From the NCBI RefSeq assembly GCF_009834535.1, contig NC_045696.1:1924001-1988000 (forward strand): a DNA stretch of 64,000 nucleotides. Direction: 5' to 3'. The notes beneath the pieces were generated by a model, which did no database searches, was not told the origin of the DNA, and saw only the letters and a program-made list of their open reading frames with translations. The translations under genes were made by a program, and so were the position numbers. This DNA comes from Camelus ferus. Lineage: Eukaryota. Positions 36,711 to 48,405 of the stretch are shown here, one piece after another (the stretch's first letter is position 1; the number at the start of each line of letters is the position of its first letter).

Positions 36711-38573
36711 GACTACACTCCAAACACAGACGTGTGGACTTCAAGACACGCCTTTCCACTGCTGTCAGCATGTGCGATGTTCTTTCTGATGCACTTTGTG
36801 GGGAATTTGGAAAGTACAGAAGAACACAGAGAAGAACCCAAAAACCACCCTCTTTGTGGCCAGCAACCGCCAGCTGTGAGTGTCGCTCCCAAGCTCTAGA
36901 GAGGGGCCAGTTATACTAAAGATCTAACCAAGACGTTGACCGTGTCCATGAGGACAGGAATCCTGCTAAATCCGACCCAGAATCGGCATTCACTTTCTGC
37001 CCTGGGACCTACCCCAGCACCACAAGCTGGGGACAGAGCAGGCGGGGCTGGGGGGTCCCTGACTGAGGAGCAGAGCGGGCTGAGGGTCGCAGTGGGTGGG
37101 GACAGAGGAGGGGATGGGGTGGGGGTGGGTGGTCGGTGGCCCTGTTGGTGGCTGTGTTCCCAGTTGAGGGTGGGGACGGGCTTGGGGTCTGTAGCTTGTG
37201 GTTCAATTGCTTGGTCTATAGGCAGGTGCCCCACCAGGATCCTGGCCCTCCTTCTCCTCGCTGCAGGCTCCTGCTAACCCAGGAGCAGCTCCCTAGACCC
37301 CAGGAGGGAGCTTCAGGCCCCTCGGGTGGGGGCGCATCAGCAAGGAAGGCTCAGCGGTCTCCTACGGGCCTGTCTCCTCCCTAACTGCCCTGAAGCAAGA
37401 ACGGGAAAGCCCTTCCCGGCTCGCACCCTCTTGCCCAGCCCTGGGCGCCAGCAAGGATGGAGACCCCTCGGAAAGGGCTCAGCTCCCCGTCAGACTCCTC
37501 CACCTGCCGGCATGGTCATGCAACACCTCCCTTTGTCAGACAGCGACCCCAGGACTGCACCTGCCCAAAGGGCAGCCCCCCGGAATCCCAGCATCCAGAC
37601 CCCACTCCCCGGCATTTCTGGCTCACAAGACCTTACACCATTTTGCCATTTTTAAACAACATACAATAAAGACATGAGTTTAGGTTTTAAAAAAAGTGAA
37701 TTTCCCACCTGCATCTCATCACAGATGAACTTGATAACATTCAAATATAAAAAAGCCAGTGTCAGCCTCCACTTGTCCTGCGATATACGTTGCTCATGTC
37801 ACTTACACAAGACAACGTATTTCGAAAGTGATGATGTTTTTAACGCACTGCCATGGATTTGATTTGGGGACGAACTTTCTTGGAAACATGGGTGATGCTT
37901 AACTCCGTGTCTCAGTCACGGGCACCAGGCCCACCGTCCTCAGCCGCGAGCGCCACACTGAGAAGTCCCCCGGCCGGTTCCGTCAGGTCCAAGTGCTGCC
38001 TCCAGGTGCAAACATGACCTCCAGCAGGCTCGGGCGCTCTTCTCAGCAGAAAGTGGGGCCGGAGGTCTTCAGGAGAAAGGCACCCGTGGACCATGCCTGG
38101 CCCAGACCCCCCGCCCCGGTGCCGGCTCCCAGGGACAGCCAGGTTCTCAGGGAGAACTCCAACCTTTCCCAGAGACGCCGATCTGCAGAACCACCGAGTT
38201 CCTGTCGATGGCAAGTGAATTTACACCTCTGTCCTCGGTGGATGGTCTCTGTGGAGGAAAAAGGTACAAATGTCTGATGTTTCTCAACAAGTCTGCATGT
38301 GTGTAACACATCTAAACCAGTAAAGCTGTGTGGACACGCATCCCAGGACGGAAGGACAGGAGAGACGTGGGCCCAGTGGAGGGGACAGGCTGGGCAGGTG
38401 GACACGGGTGAGAACGTGACCTCCCGCAGGCTTTTCTGAGCCAGCTTTGGGGCCCACCGAGGCCCCCCAGATCGCCCCAGGTTTAAAGGAATGTCATCTG
38501 TCCAAATCCTTCTCTATGTCAGTCATTTTGCAGAAATCAAGATGATGTTGCCCTAAAAACTAGGCTCCTTTCT

Positions 38574-39075
38574 TGGCCCAGTGGGAACCTGCCTGGGGGA
38601 AGGCTGGGCGCCCGGAGAGGTCACATCCACGTCCCCTGGACACTGGACCCAGCGGGAGCCTGCCTGGGGGAAGGCTGGGCGCCTGGAGAGGCCACATCCA
38701 CGTCCCCTGGACTCTGGACCCAGCGGGAGCCTGCCTGGGGGAAGGCTGGGCGCCCGGAGAGGTCACATCCATGTCCCCTGGACACTGGACCCAGCGGGAG
38801 CCTGCCTTGGGGAAGGCTGGGCGCCCGCAGAGGCCACATCCACGTCCCCTGGACTCTGGACCCAGCGGGAGCCTGCCTGGGGGAAGGCTGGGCGCCCGGA
38901 GAGGCCACATCCACGTCCCCTGGACACTGGACCCAGCGGGAGCCTGCCTGGGGGAAGGCTGGGCGCCCGGAGAGGCCACATCCACGTCCCCTGGACTCTG
39001 GACCCAGCGGGAGCCTGCCTGGGGGAAGGCTGGGCGCCCGGAGAGGTCACATCCATGCCCCCTGGACTCTGGACC
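38574..39075. repeat. Minisatellite, 71-bp unit, 7 copies
   Basis: The unit start ggacc recurs at 38645, 38716, 38787, 38858, 38929, 39000 and 39071; copies are nearly identical. Confidence 0.97.
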
Positions 39076-40574
39076 GACACCCTCCTCACCTGAGACTTGA
39101 GGCTGGTGTGGCGCTGTGGGCCAGCTGCCCTTGGCCCAGGACGCAAGACCGGCTCTCCCTCGGGCCCGTGCACCCAGCCTGTCGGCTCACCTGCCCTCCA
39201 CCCTCCCGGGTGCCAGGGCTACAGGCACGCGTGGGCGCCCTGCTGCTGGGGGTTGGGGGCAGTGGCAGGCCCACCCACAGCAGGAAAGTGCTGGGGGCCC
39301 TGGAGCAGGGGCCCGGGTGGACGGAGCACAGTGGACCTGCTGTCCACCTGAACCGCCCCCCTCACAGTGACCAGCGGCTGCAGGTTCTACTGGAGGAGGC
39401 TGACCCCAGCCATGCGGAGGAGCCAGCCTGCCCGCACGGCCAGGAGCAGGCAAGCTCAGGCTGCTGTTGGGGTTTTGAGCACTTCACTCAGGTGACAGCC
39501 ACCTTCCAGGCCTGCAGGGACACCAGCTTGGCTCCTGCTGGGTGCCAGGGCACACACTTGGCAGGAAAGGCCGCCCCCGCCCTGGCAGTGCCAGCAGCGT
39601 CTCCGCAAGAACAGCTCACTTCCTGCAGCCCGGCCTGCCTCCGGGCCGGCTCCCGCCTGGAGGAACGGAGGACTGTGAGCAGGGCAAGTCCCCCGGCTGC
39701 TTCCCAGGAAAGTCCCAGCAAAGTCCCGCTCCCTCCCGACATTTGCAAGAGGCTTATTTTAGCCCAAGGAGGAAAGGGGATTTCTTTCTCCCGAGTCCAA
39801 GTCTGACAGGCAGCATCGTGCCGGACACGTGTCCCCGGCCCTGCTGACCGTCATCAGCCCGCCCTGCAGCCACAGAGCCCTGCTTCTGCGGGTGGGGCGG
39901 GGTGGGATGAGGCTGCCCCCGCAGGGGAGGTGAGGGGCCCCCAGCCAGGCCGGCTCCCGCCTCACCCCAGGACTAGGGGACTGCCCACTCCCCCAGGCCA
40001 GTGCCCACACCGCCGCAGGACTGGGGGCACCAGACGCTTTCCCCGAGCACCTTGCGTCACACCTTTCTAGGCCTTCATCTGTGCCCGAGCGGAGCGGCGT
40101 TGCGGCCGCCCCTGGCCAGTCGGAGCCTCTTTCCCGGGACCACAAGCACAGAAGCCTTGTGTGTCGGGTGAGAAGAAGGTGAAATTCCAGAGCAGAGGGG
40201 TGTCCTGCAGTCCAGACAGTGGGGCCCCGTGGGACCCTAGCTGGGGGACAGTGGCCTGGAGGAGGTGGACATGTCCTCAGGAGGCGTGCTGAGGTCTTCC
40301 TCCCTTTTATCAGCTGGTGACCTTGACCTCATGGTGTCTCCTCCCCTCAGCTTCCCCACTCCGGCCGCCTGGTCCCAGACCCTAATTCTAGCCTATTAAG
40401 ACCTGGGACCACCCACATGTGCCACGGTCCTGACATCCCTTCCCTTGGAGGTCTGCTCTCCCTCCTCAGCCCCAAGGAGGTCTGTGCTACTGTTCGCTGA
40501 TCTATATCCAAGCCCAGATTGGCATCCACTCTGCTCCAGGCCCCTCTCTGGGCCTGAGGTGAGCATAGCTTGGA

Positions 40575-40700
40575 AGGAGCCCTCCAGGAAGAGGAACAGC
40601 CAGTGCAAAGGCCCTGGGGCAGAGGTGCCTGGAAGGAGCAGAGCAGCTGAGCTCAGAGGCCAGGGGTCACGCACAGTGGGTCCGGATGCAGCCTGGTGAG
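40575..40700 (+). mobile_element. L2 fragment
   Basis: aagaggaacagccagtgcaaaggccctgggg is a typical L2 3' motif. Confidence 0.6.
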
Positions 40701-42629
40701 ACGGGCCCTCTGCGAGCGTGAGCCGGGAGAGCAGGCTCTGCCTGCCATTCCTCTGACACGGCGGGGCTCCCCCAGGACGCTGGCTTGGCCTGCGCCCTCC
40801 CCTGCCGCCGGCTGACCTGGTGACTCCACTTTCACTGGGGCTTCCCCTGGAGTGTCTCCGTGGCAAGGAGCCTGACCAGGAAAGTCCCAGACCACAATTA
40901 ACAAGAAGTCAGCCCCAGGCCAGGCCGGTGGAGCCCAGCAGGGACTCCTGAGGTCCGGAGCTCAGCTCCTCTGAGAGCCTGGGGCTGCGGGGATGTGGGG
41001 CTGCCGGCCCCTGTGATACCAGAGGGCCCAAGGATGCAGCCTCCACGGGCCTCGCCCTCCCGCCTGGTGCCGGCCTCCGACCTCTGACCTCAGTCCCGCA
41101 GCCACAGTCAGACGTGGGCGTGGTCCACAGACCTGAGGGCCCAAGAGCTGGTCGCCCTCTGAGGAGGGACCGTGATGCCGGGGGTGGGGGGTGGGTGTGG
41201 TGGGCAAGCTGTCTGGAGCATGAGGACCCCCACCTCCGCAACACGTGGGTGTAGGAGGTTCAAGTGCGTGGGGGCTGGGCGGCGAGGAAGGAGGGCTCTG
41301 GCGGTGAGAGCCGGGGAAGCTCAGCAGGGGATGTGATGGAGGAGGTCTGGAGCAGGGGGGGCCCTGCGGGGGGATGGTGGGGACGGGCCCACAGGGGCCA
41401 CACCCAGAGACAGTGACAGTAGAAGGTGCTCTCGTCCTAGACGTCCTGCCCTGCGAGGTCAGAGGTTGAGCACGGGGACAGCGGCTGTCCTGTGATGACA
41501 AGTCCAGCGGCAGATGGAGCGGGGCTTCAGGGATGCAGTGGGGGGGGCACACCCCGAATGCAAACGGGGGTGTCCCTGGGCCTGGGCTGCCTACAGACTC
41601 CGGAGAGCACGTGGCTCCCGCGTGGCTGGGGCTCAGGGCTTCCATTCACTTCCCCTGCAGGCTTCTTGTCACTGGGTGGAGGCCTTGGGCCTGAAGAGAG
41701 GGCGGGGGACCCTGACCTCCCTCTTAAGAACCATCCACCAGGAGACAAGCCCAGGATCGCACTGTCACCCAGGGAAGGCCGTCGTCAGCGTGTCCTCATG
41801 AGCTGCCCACTGCCAGGTCCTCTGCTGGACACCGCCCTTCCTGGCTCTGTCCCTGCCCTGGGGACCAGGATCCCCTCAGACAGGGTCACCGCAGGGCCCA
41901 CATGGACCCCACTAACCAGAGTCCATGCAATGATGGACACTCGCTGGGCCACTCCAGTCTCAACATCCTCTCCCTCCCCCCCCAACAGTTGGGGTCCTGT
42001 CTGACCCCCAGCCCTGGCGCCTTGAGGGTCTGCGCCCCTCCCCCACAGCAGCCTGCTGCCCCTTCTCCAGAGAAAACTCCAAAATCCGTGTCTACAAACG
42101 CCCTGATGTCATCTCAGGGGTCCCTTGGCGAGGACCCAGCCCCCATCTCCCCCAGAGCCCAGACTTCCGCAGGTCAGCCTCCTCGGCTCCGCTGACCTCA
42201 GCTGGGCCACCCCACCCAGGCCCCTCCGTGGGCAGCGAGGTGACTCTCTAGACGCCACTTCACTGTGTCCTTCCCTGCTCTGAGCCCACGTGGTGCCCCA
42301 GGGGCACCGGATAGACCCCTGGCCCTCCTGTGCTCGCACCTGGACACGGACTCCCTCCCGGCCCCATCAGCCGCCTGCCTGGCTCCCTCTCGCCTGTGCC
42401 TCAGCTCCGTCCCCCTCCCAGTGGGCACACCGTTGGCCTAGGGCTGGTGTCCTCTCACAGGCAGTGGTGGTGGATCCCTGCACATTTGGACGTGAGCAAA
42501 TCCTGTCTGGTCCCATGGAGTCCACTTTCTCACGGCCCGGTCACGTCCTCCCATGCCAGGGTCCCCAGCTGGCTGCTTCCACGTCCCCTGCCTGCAGCGC
42601 CCACCTGACTCCCCTGAAATGCCTCAAAA

Positions 42630-42725
42630 AGCTGCTTCCTTATTCTCCCTGCTTCACAGGTGGGGAGGTTGAGGCCCAGAGAGGTGGACAGCTTGCCCCA
42701 GGCCACACAGCGAGTAGGATGGAGT
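42630..42725 (-). mobile_element. MIR fragment
   Basis: ttcacaggtggggaggttgaggcccagagaggtggacagcttgccccaggccacacagc. Confidence 0.7.
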
Positions 42726-43269
42726 TTCTTCAGAGAGAAGCCAGCCCCACACCAGCCCCACCTCTGTCCTGTGGGGCCTGACTGCCTAATCAGCAGGGGG
42801 GCGCCCCAAGGGGAAGTGTGCAGCGAGTGGGGAGAGATCCCCAGCACCCGCCTGCTCCTGCTGACCAGAAAGCAGAAGGCTGCGCTGCCCAGACGCTGGC
42901 ACTGGGCATGCAGCTGGGGGACCGGGACGCGGGTCAGCACGGGCTGGGGGCCGGGCTGCAGCACCTGGGACAGCCCACCGATCGGAGGAGATGTCGAGAC
43001 AGGGATACGCTCTGGTGACAGTGGGGTCAGGGTCATGGTCACGGGTGAAGGTGCACCAGAGTCACGTGGGAGCCTGAGGCAGCCCACGGAGGGGGCGCTG
43101 TGGGGCCAGTGGGCCTAGTCTGGGGTGGGGGCTGGACAAGGTACCGCATCCTAAAATACTAAAGGAACTTCAAAATACTTCCAAGATTTGAAAGCTGTCT
43201 GTGTGCAAAGCATTACTTTTAGTATTTTGGGGAAACAGGGCTGAATTTCAAATATTCTTCAGATGATGA

Positions 43270-44345
43270 CAGACCCCCTCGGAGAAGAGGAACAGCGAGA
43301 AGCTTCCGGGAGGGGCCGCCGCTGAGCGCGCGGAACCGCAGGGAAACCCGAGCCTTGCCGGGCGCCTGACGTCGAGGCTGAGATTTGCGAAGCCCAGGCT
43401 TTGTGAGGTGAGGCAACTGAGTAATAGCGTGAAGTTCTTAGAAACCGAGAGCTTCTGTGCAAGGAAAAGGTGACACAGGCAGACAAGAGACGCGGTTAAA
43501 AGGCCTCCCAACGGCACACTGCGCGGGCGACGCCGACGTGCTCCTGCCCGGCCGCGGGCCTCCTCACTCCGTGTTCTGTGCTCTAGGCTAGTTCAGTCTT
43601 GCTTGGGCCCCGGTTTCAAAATCCCACTCCCTCCCGAAAGGAACAGGAAGGTGGTGGTCCTGAGCACAAGAGGGGAGCACAGGTGAGGCTGGAAGGAAGG
43701 TGCGAGCCCCCCGGGACGGCCGGGAGGACAGCCCAGCAGCTGCCTGTGGACAGTCTGCGCATCAAGCAGAGGAACAGCTTAATCACAGTCACACTTTCAA
43801 TGAATAAAAATCCACAGACCCAGAGAGATTCAAAATCTACGACAGAATCTAAACAAAGGAAAAGCAAAGGAGACTGGGAGGAAGGGGACCCGGGAGGCTT
43901 TTCTTTACGGAGGAACGTCAGCCACTAAACGCAGAGTTGTCGGCGAGGTCAGCGCGCCACCACAGGCAGCCCGGGTGCGACCGCCGGCCGCTCCTGGGAC
44001 GGGAGGCCGCGGAAGCCACCAGGTGAGGGGGTCCTGGGACCAGGAATCCAGCGGGGCCGGAGCAGGGCGCCCCACGTGACTTAGGATTTGCCGGGGAAAC
44101 GCGCCTGCACCAGGACCGATCACAGGTGCCCCTTGCCCAGGAGGTCGAAGTGGGGGGCGGTGTCCCGCCCTCCTGCCGGTGCGTGAGCACTTGGGGCTCT
44201 TGGTTGGAATGACCTGCCCAGAGGCGTTGGCCCCAGAGCTCGGCAACCTCCAGACCCAGGCCTCCTCCGCAGCGCAGCTGGTACTTGGGGCGGGACACCT
44301 GTGCGCAGTGCGGGCCGCCCTGCACAGTGCAGGCCGTGGAACGGC
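43270..44345. promoter_or_regulatory. Orphan CpG-rich region (candidate enhancer or lncRNA promoter)
   Basis: CpG-dense blocks at 43270-43560 and 43920-44345, a CRE-like tgacgtc at ~43367, and GC boxes. Confidence 0.55.
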
Positions 44346-44859
44346 ACCCCCTCCGGCTTGACAGCCACAAATGTGCCTCCTAGGGGTGAAGTTAAGGTTA
44401 AGGGGCCGTCCTTAACCTTAACAGCCCCTCTAGACCCAACCTCCAGGTCACAGGACACCAGGAAGGGGACAGCTGGAGAGCTGGAGACCATGGGGAGTCA
44501 GTGAGACAGGTGCAGAGCGTGGGACACGGTCCACAGCCAAGGAAGTGTTGTCAAGAAGAGAGTGTGGCCTAGGGGCTGGCTGTGACCCCAGCGCGCACTC
44601 TGGCGGGTGGCTGAGGGGATGGATGCGCTGAGGCGGCAAGGTCGTCGTGGTGACAATCTCCTCATCCCAGAAGCGTGTGACGGATCGATCTAGCGTCCCC
44701 CCGTCCGCAGCCTGCTTGTAATACAGCTGTCAGTATCGTTCTCCTGGGCGAGAGGATGTAGGCATGTGCCCTCCGAGTCTTCAGACTTCCTCGATACCGC
44801 GCAGTTTCCACAAAACACCCCCATGACGATGGCAGCGACGTAAGAACTAAGCAGAAACG

Positions 44860-45520
44860 GAAACACAGCGGCGGTGAGGATGTGGGAAAACTGGAACTGC
44901 TGGTGAAGACGTGAAATGGTGCAGCTACAGTGGAAAACAGTATGGAGTTTCCTCAGAACATTAAAAATAGGACTGCCATATGACCCAGCAGTTCCACTTC
45001 CCAGGTACAGACCCCAAAGGAGTGAAAGCAGGGCCTCACACGGCGGTCTGCACACCCACGTGCACAGCGGGGTTACTCGCGGCGGCCCGGGGTGGGAGCG
45101 GTCCGAGCAGCCGTGGGTGGACAAAGCGGTCCATCCACACAGCGGGACATCGCTCAGCCTTTGAAAGGAGGGGGACCCCGTCACACGCTGCAGCATGGGT
45201 GAATCTTGAGGGCAGCATGCTCAGTGAAATAAGCCAGACACAAAAGGACAAATACTGTGCCATCCATTTGCGTGAGGTCCCTGGAGGAGTCAGACTCCCG
45301 GAGACAGAAAGCAGGGGGTGGGGCCGGGGGCGGGGGAGGGAGGAGCAGTCAGTATTTAAGGGGACAGCGCTTCAGTTTGGAAGATGGGAACTCTGGAGAG
45401 GGATGGTGGCGATGGTTGCACAGCAGTGTGAATGCACTTAATGGCACTGAGCGGTGCACCTAAAAATGAGCAAGACGGTAACTTCTACATTATGCATACT
45501 TAACCACGACTTTTAAAAAG
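44860..45520 (+). mobile_element. LINE-1 (L1MA/MB-like) 3' UTR fragment
   Basis: ggaaaacagtatggagtttcctcagaacattaaaaatagg...ctcagtgaaataagccagacacaaaaggacaaatac. Confidence 0.9.
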
Positions 45521-48029
45521 GAAATACTGGTTCAAAACAAAGCGTTCACAAAGCACTGAAGAAAACTTCAAACTGATGTCTGTCTCGGACACCAGGGTCC
45601 TTTCTGGAGAGAGGTCTCAGCCGCACCATTCCTGTCCCCAAGGCCACGTGTCCCGCCTGTGAAGGGGGGAGGCTCGGGTGAAAGGGGAACAGGGTCCGGC
45701 CGGGCCACCACGGGGGTGGCGTGGGCGCTTCCGCTCTGTCCTCTGAGTCTGAAAGCTGCCTGCTCCGTCATCCTGAAAGTTGGGCCCCACCACCCACCGG
45801 CCCCTAGCACTTCCTCAATATTGCCTGGGACCGCGGCCTCTGAGGCCGGCTCTGAGCGAGGCTGACTTGTGGCCTGCGACGCGCAGGGCCAGCCACCTGC
45901 GGTCCAGAAGTTCCGGGGCTTTCTCTCCACTTCTGTCCAGGGGCAGCAGCCTCCTCGTCCACCCCGTGACCTGCGGCCCTGGCTGTCCATCCTTAGCTCT
46001 ATTACTTAGCTCGTCCCAAACCTGGAGGGGCCTGTGGGGCTGGGCAGATGGCAGTCGTAGGACCAGGACATGGTCGCATCTGCAGCCACCCCTGGGCACC
46101 TGGCAAGGGGGTGTGGTCAAGGGGGCAGACACTCTGATTGGCATCCCTGCCCAGCGGTGGCCTGCGGCTGGGCCTCCCACCCAGCTGTTCCCCTGGCGCA
46201 GGTGGGCCTGGGCCCATCTGGCTCCTCCCAGAAGTGGGCCCTAGCAGGGCGCCCCTGCTGAGGTTGGGGAGAAGGGGGTCCGTGGGACAGCTCACTGAGG
46301 ATCCCCCGCCTGCTTGCCCCGTGGCTCTGTCACCCCACTTTCTGGAGGGATGACTTCTCTCTGGAGGTGACTGGCAGCCCGTCACTCCTGCAGGTGGAGT
46401 GGAGCCAGGCTGGTGCTGGCTGGTGACAAAGGGCCGGGAGCCTGAGGGGCACACAGTGCTGTGCAGGGTGACCAGATGCACAGGGCCCAGGGCGGTGGGC
46501 GCAGGGACAGCAGCTGTTGGAAGTGGCCAACACGGTGCTGGACCTAGGACCTGGGGTCTGAAACATCCCCTCGCCCTCCCCAGGCTTGTGGGGGCCCCAC
46601 TCTGAGCCAGGTGGCCCCAGCCCAGGATCCCACTGCAGGGAGGGCAGGCGTCCCGGGAAGGGTGGTCGCCAGCCTGCGTGGCACAATGGTCTGGTTGTCA
46701 GCTTCCTAGTGAGTCACTGCATGGCTCTGAGGACAGGCTGTCCTCGGTCACTCCACACAGATGGCATTGATGTGACCCCTGGGGTCTGAAATCCTTCAGG
46801 ACGGAGGCATTTCCTCTGCATCTGCCTCTGGGTTTTCCTCCCCATCGCTGTGAGGACGTGGAGAGACCAAGGCTGCTGCCACCCCGTGCTGGAGTCAGGA
46901 CGGTGCAGCCACCGGCTCTGAGCACCAGGGAGAGGGGTGTGCGGGGGTGGGGGGTTGGCGAGGCCTCTTGGCACAGTGGGTGCCCCTCCGTGATGGGTGC
47001 GTCAGAGGCTTGGGCATCGGGTCAGGGAGGCTGCACCGCTCCCTGCGTGGGTTTGGGCGGAGATGAAAGTCTTGTTTCGCAACAGAGGACATTCCTGCTG
47101 TCCAAGTGCAGCAGCTGGGGCAGACGGGAGATCTTGCACTGACGTCAGCCAGAGGAGCCGTCCAGGAGGGGATCCCACCCCGGGTGGCCGCGGGCAAGGC
47201 AAGAGTCTGCCTGTCCCCGCACTCAGCAGTGATCACGCTGCAAACTGCACTGACAGGGACAGGTCCCCATGTGGTGCCCCCAGCCCTCCTCAGGCCTCAC
47301 CTGGCCCAGGACCCTGCAGACCCGTGAACTCCGTGCACAGCCTGTGGGCCCCGTGGGCCCCGGGAGAGGAAACCCGACCAGGGGGCCGCCCATGGCGCCC
47401 ACCTCCTTCGTCTGACCCGCATCCCTCGGCTTTGGGGTCAGGCCCTTGCCCTCCTGTGGCCTCGGCTGTGCTCTAGCTGGGGGTCAAGCTCCTTTGGCTG
47501 GTTCTAGAAGACCCTGGGAGAGGCCCCTCCCTCTGATGACTGCTCACTGCTCCCCTGGGGACACTGCTCTGCAGGTGCAGCTGGGCACCCGCCATCCTCA
47601 GTGTCAGGACTGAGCCCAGCCTGGCTGTGCGGAGGTGACTCCAGGGAGCTGTTGACATCCACTGCCCAGGCCACACCCCGGACAATCCAACCAGGGCAGT
47701 GCAGGTGTGTCCCCAAAGGGTCACTTTGGAAAGCTTCCAGATGAGTCGGAGGTGGGGACAGCTGGGTTCGTTCCCGGCCACTCCTAGTCCAGAGCCCATC
47801 TGCATGGAGACCCCCGGAACCAGTGGGAAATGCAGTCTCAGCCACCCAGACACTGAATCAGCCTGCTTTTCAGGAAGATTCCAGGGATTCTGTGATGAGC
47901 AGCCCCTGGGACGCGCTGCTTTGTAAGAACTGGGGAATTAACACGTGTGAGCGGCCACTTGCAATCTGAAGAGAGGCCAGCCCACGCCCTGGGAGTTTGG
48001 GTCTGTACCTGCTGTGGCATCCGTTCCCC

Positions 48030-48405
48030 GGAGCTGCCAGGACGGCTTAAGACGGCAATCACTCACCCTCCCACATTCAGGAGACCAGAAGCCATCAGGG
48101 CTGGCTCCTTCTGGAGACCCAGGGAGAGCCCGCTCCTCCCCCAGCTCCTGGTGGCCCAGCCTCCTTGGCTTGTGGCCACGTCACCCCACTCTCCGCCTGC
48201 GACAGCGCGTGCCCTCCTCCTCTCCCCGTGCGTTTCTTACAGGGACAACTGCCACTGGGCTTAGGGCTGACCCCAGTAATCCAGGATGATCACATCCCAA
48301 GATCTTTAATCACCTTTGCCAAGACCCTACTTCCAAAAAAAGCTGCATTCTGTGGGTCCAGGTGGGTGTATCTTTGGGAGGGGGTGAAAATTCCACCCTC
48401 TGCAG
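48030..48405 (-). mobile_element. MaLR LTR fragment (MLT1C-like)
   Basis: ggcttagggctgaccccagtaatccaggatgatcacatcccaagatctttaatcacctttgccaagacc. Confidence 0.8.

Noticed and set aside
38560..39173. Repetitive ORFs and CRISPR-like periodicity
   Set aside because: A contiguous 71-bp tandem repeat with no unique spacers, in a mammalian genome.
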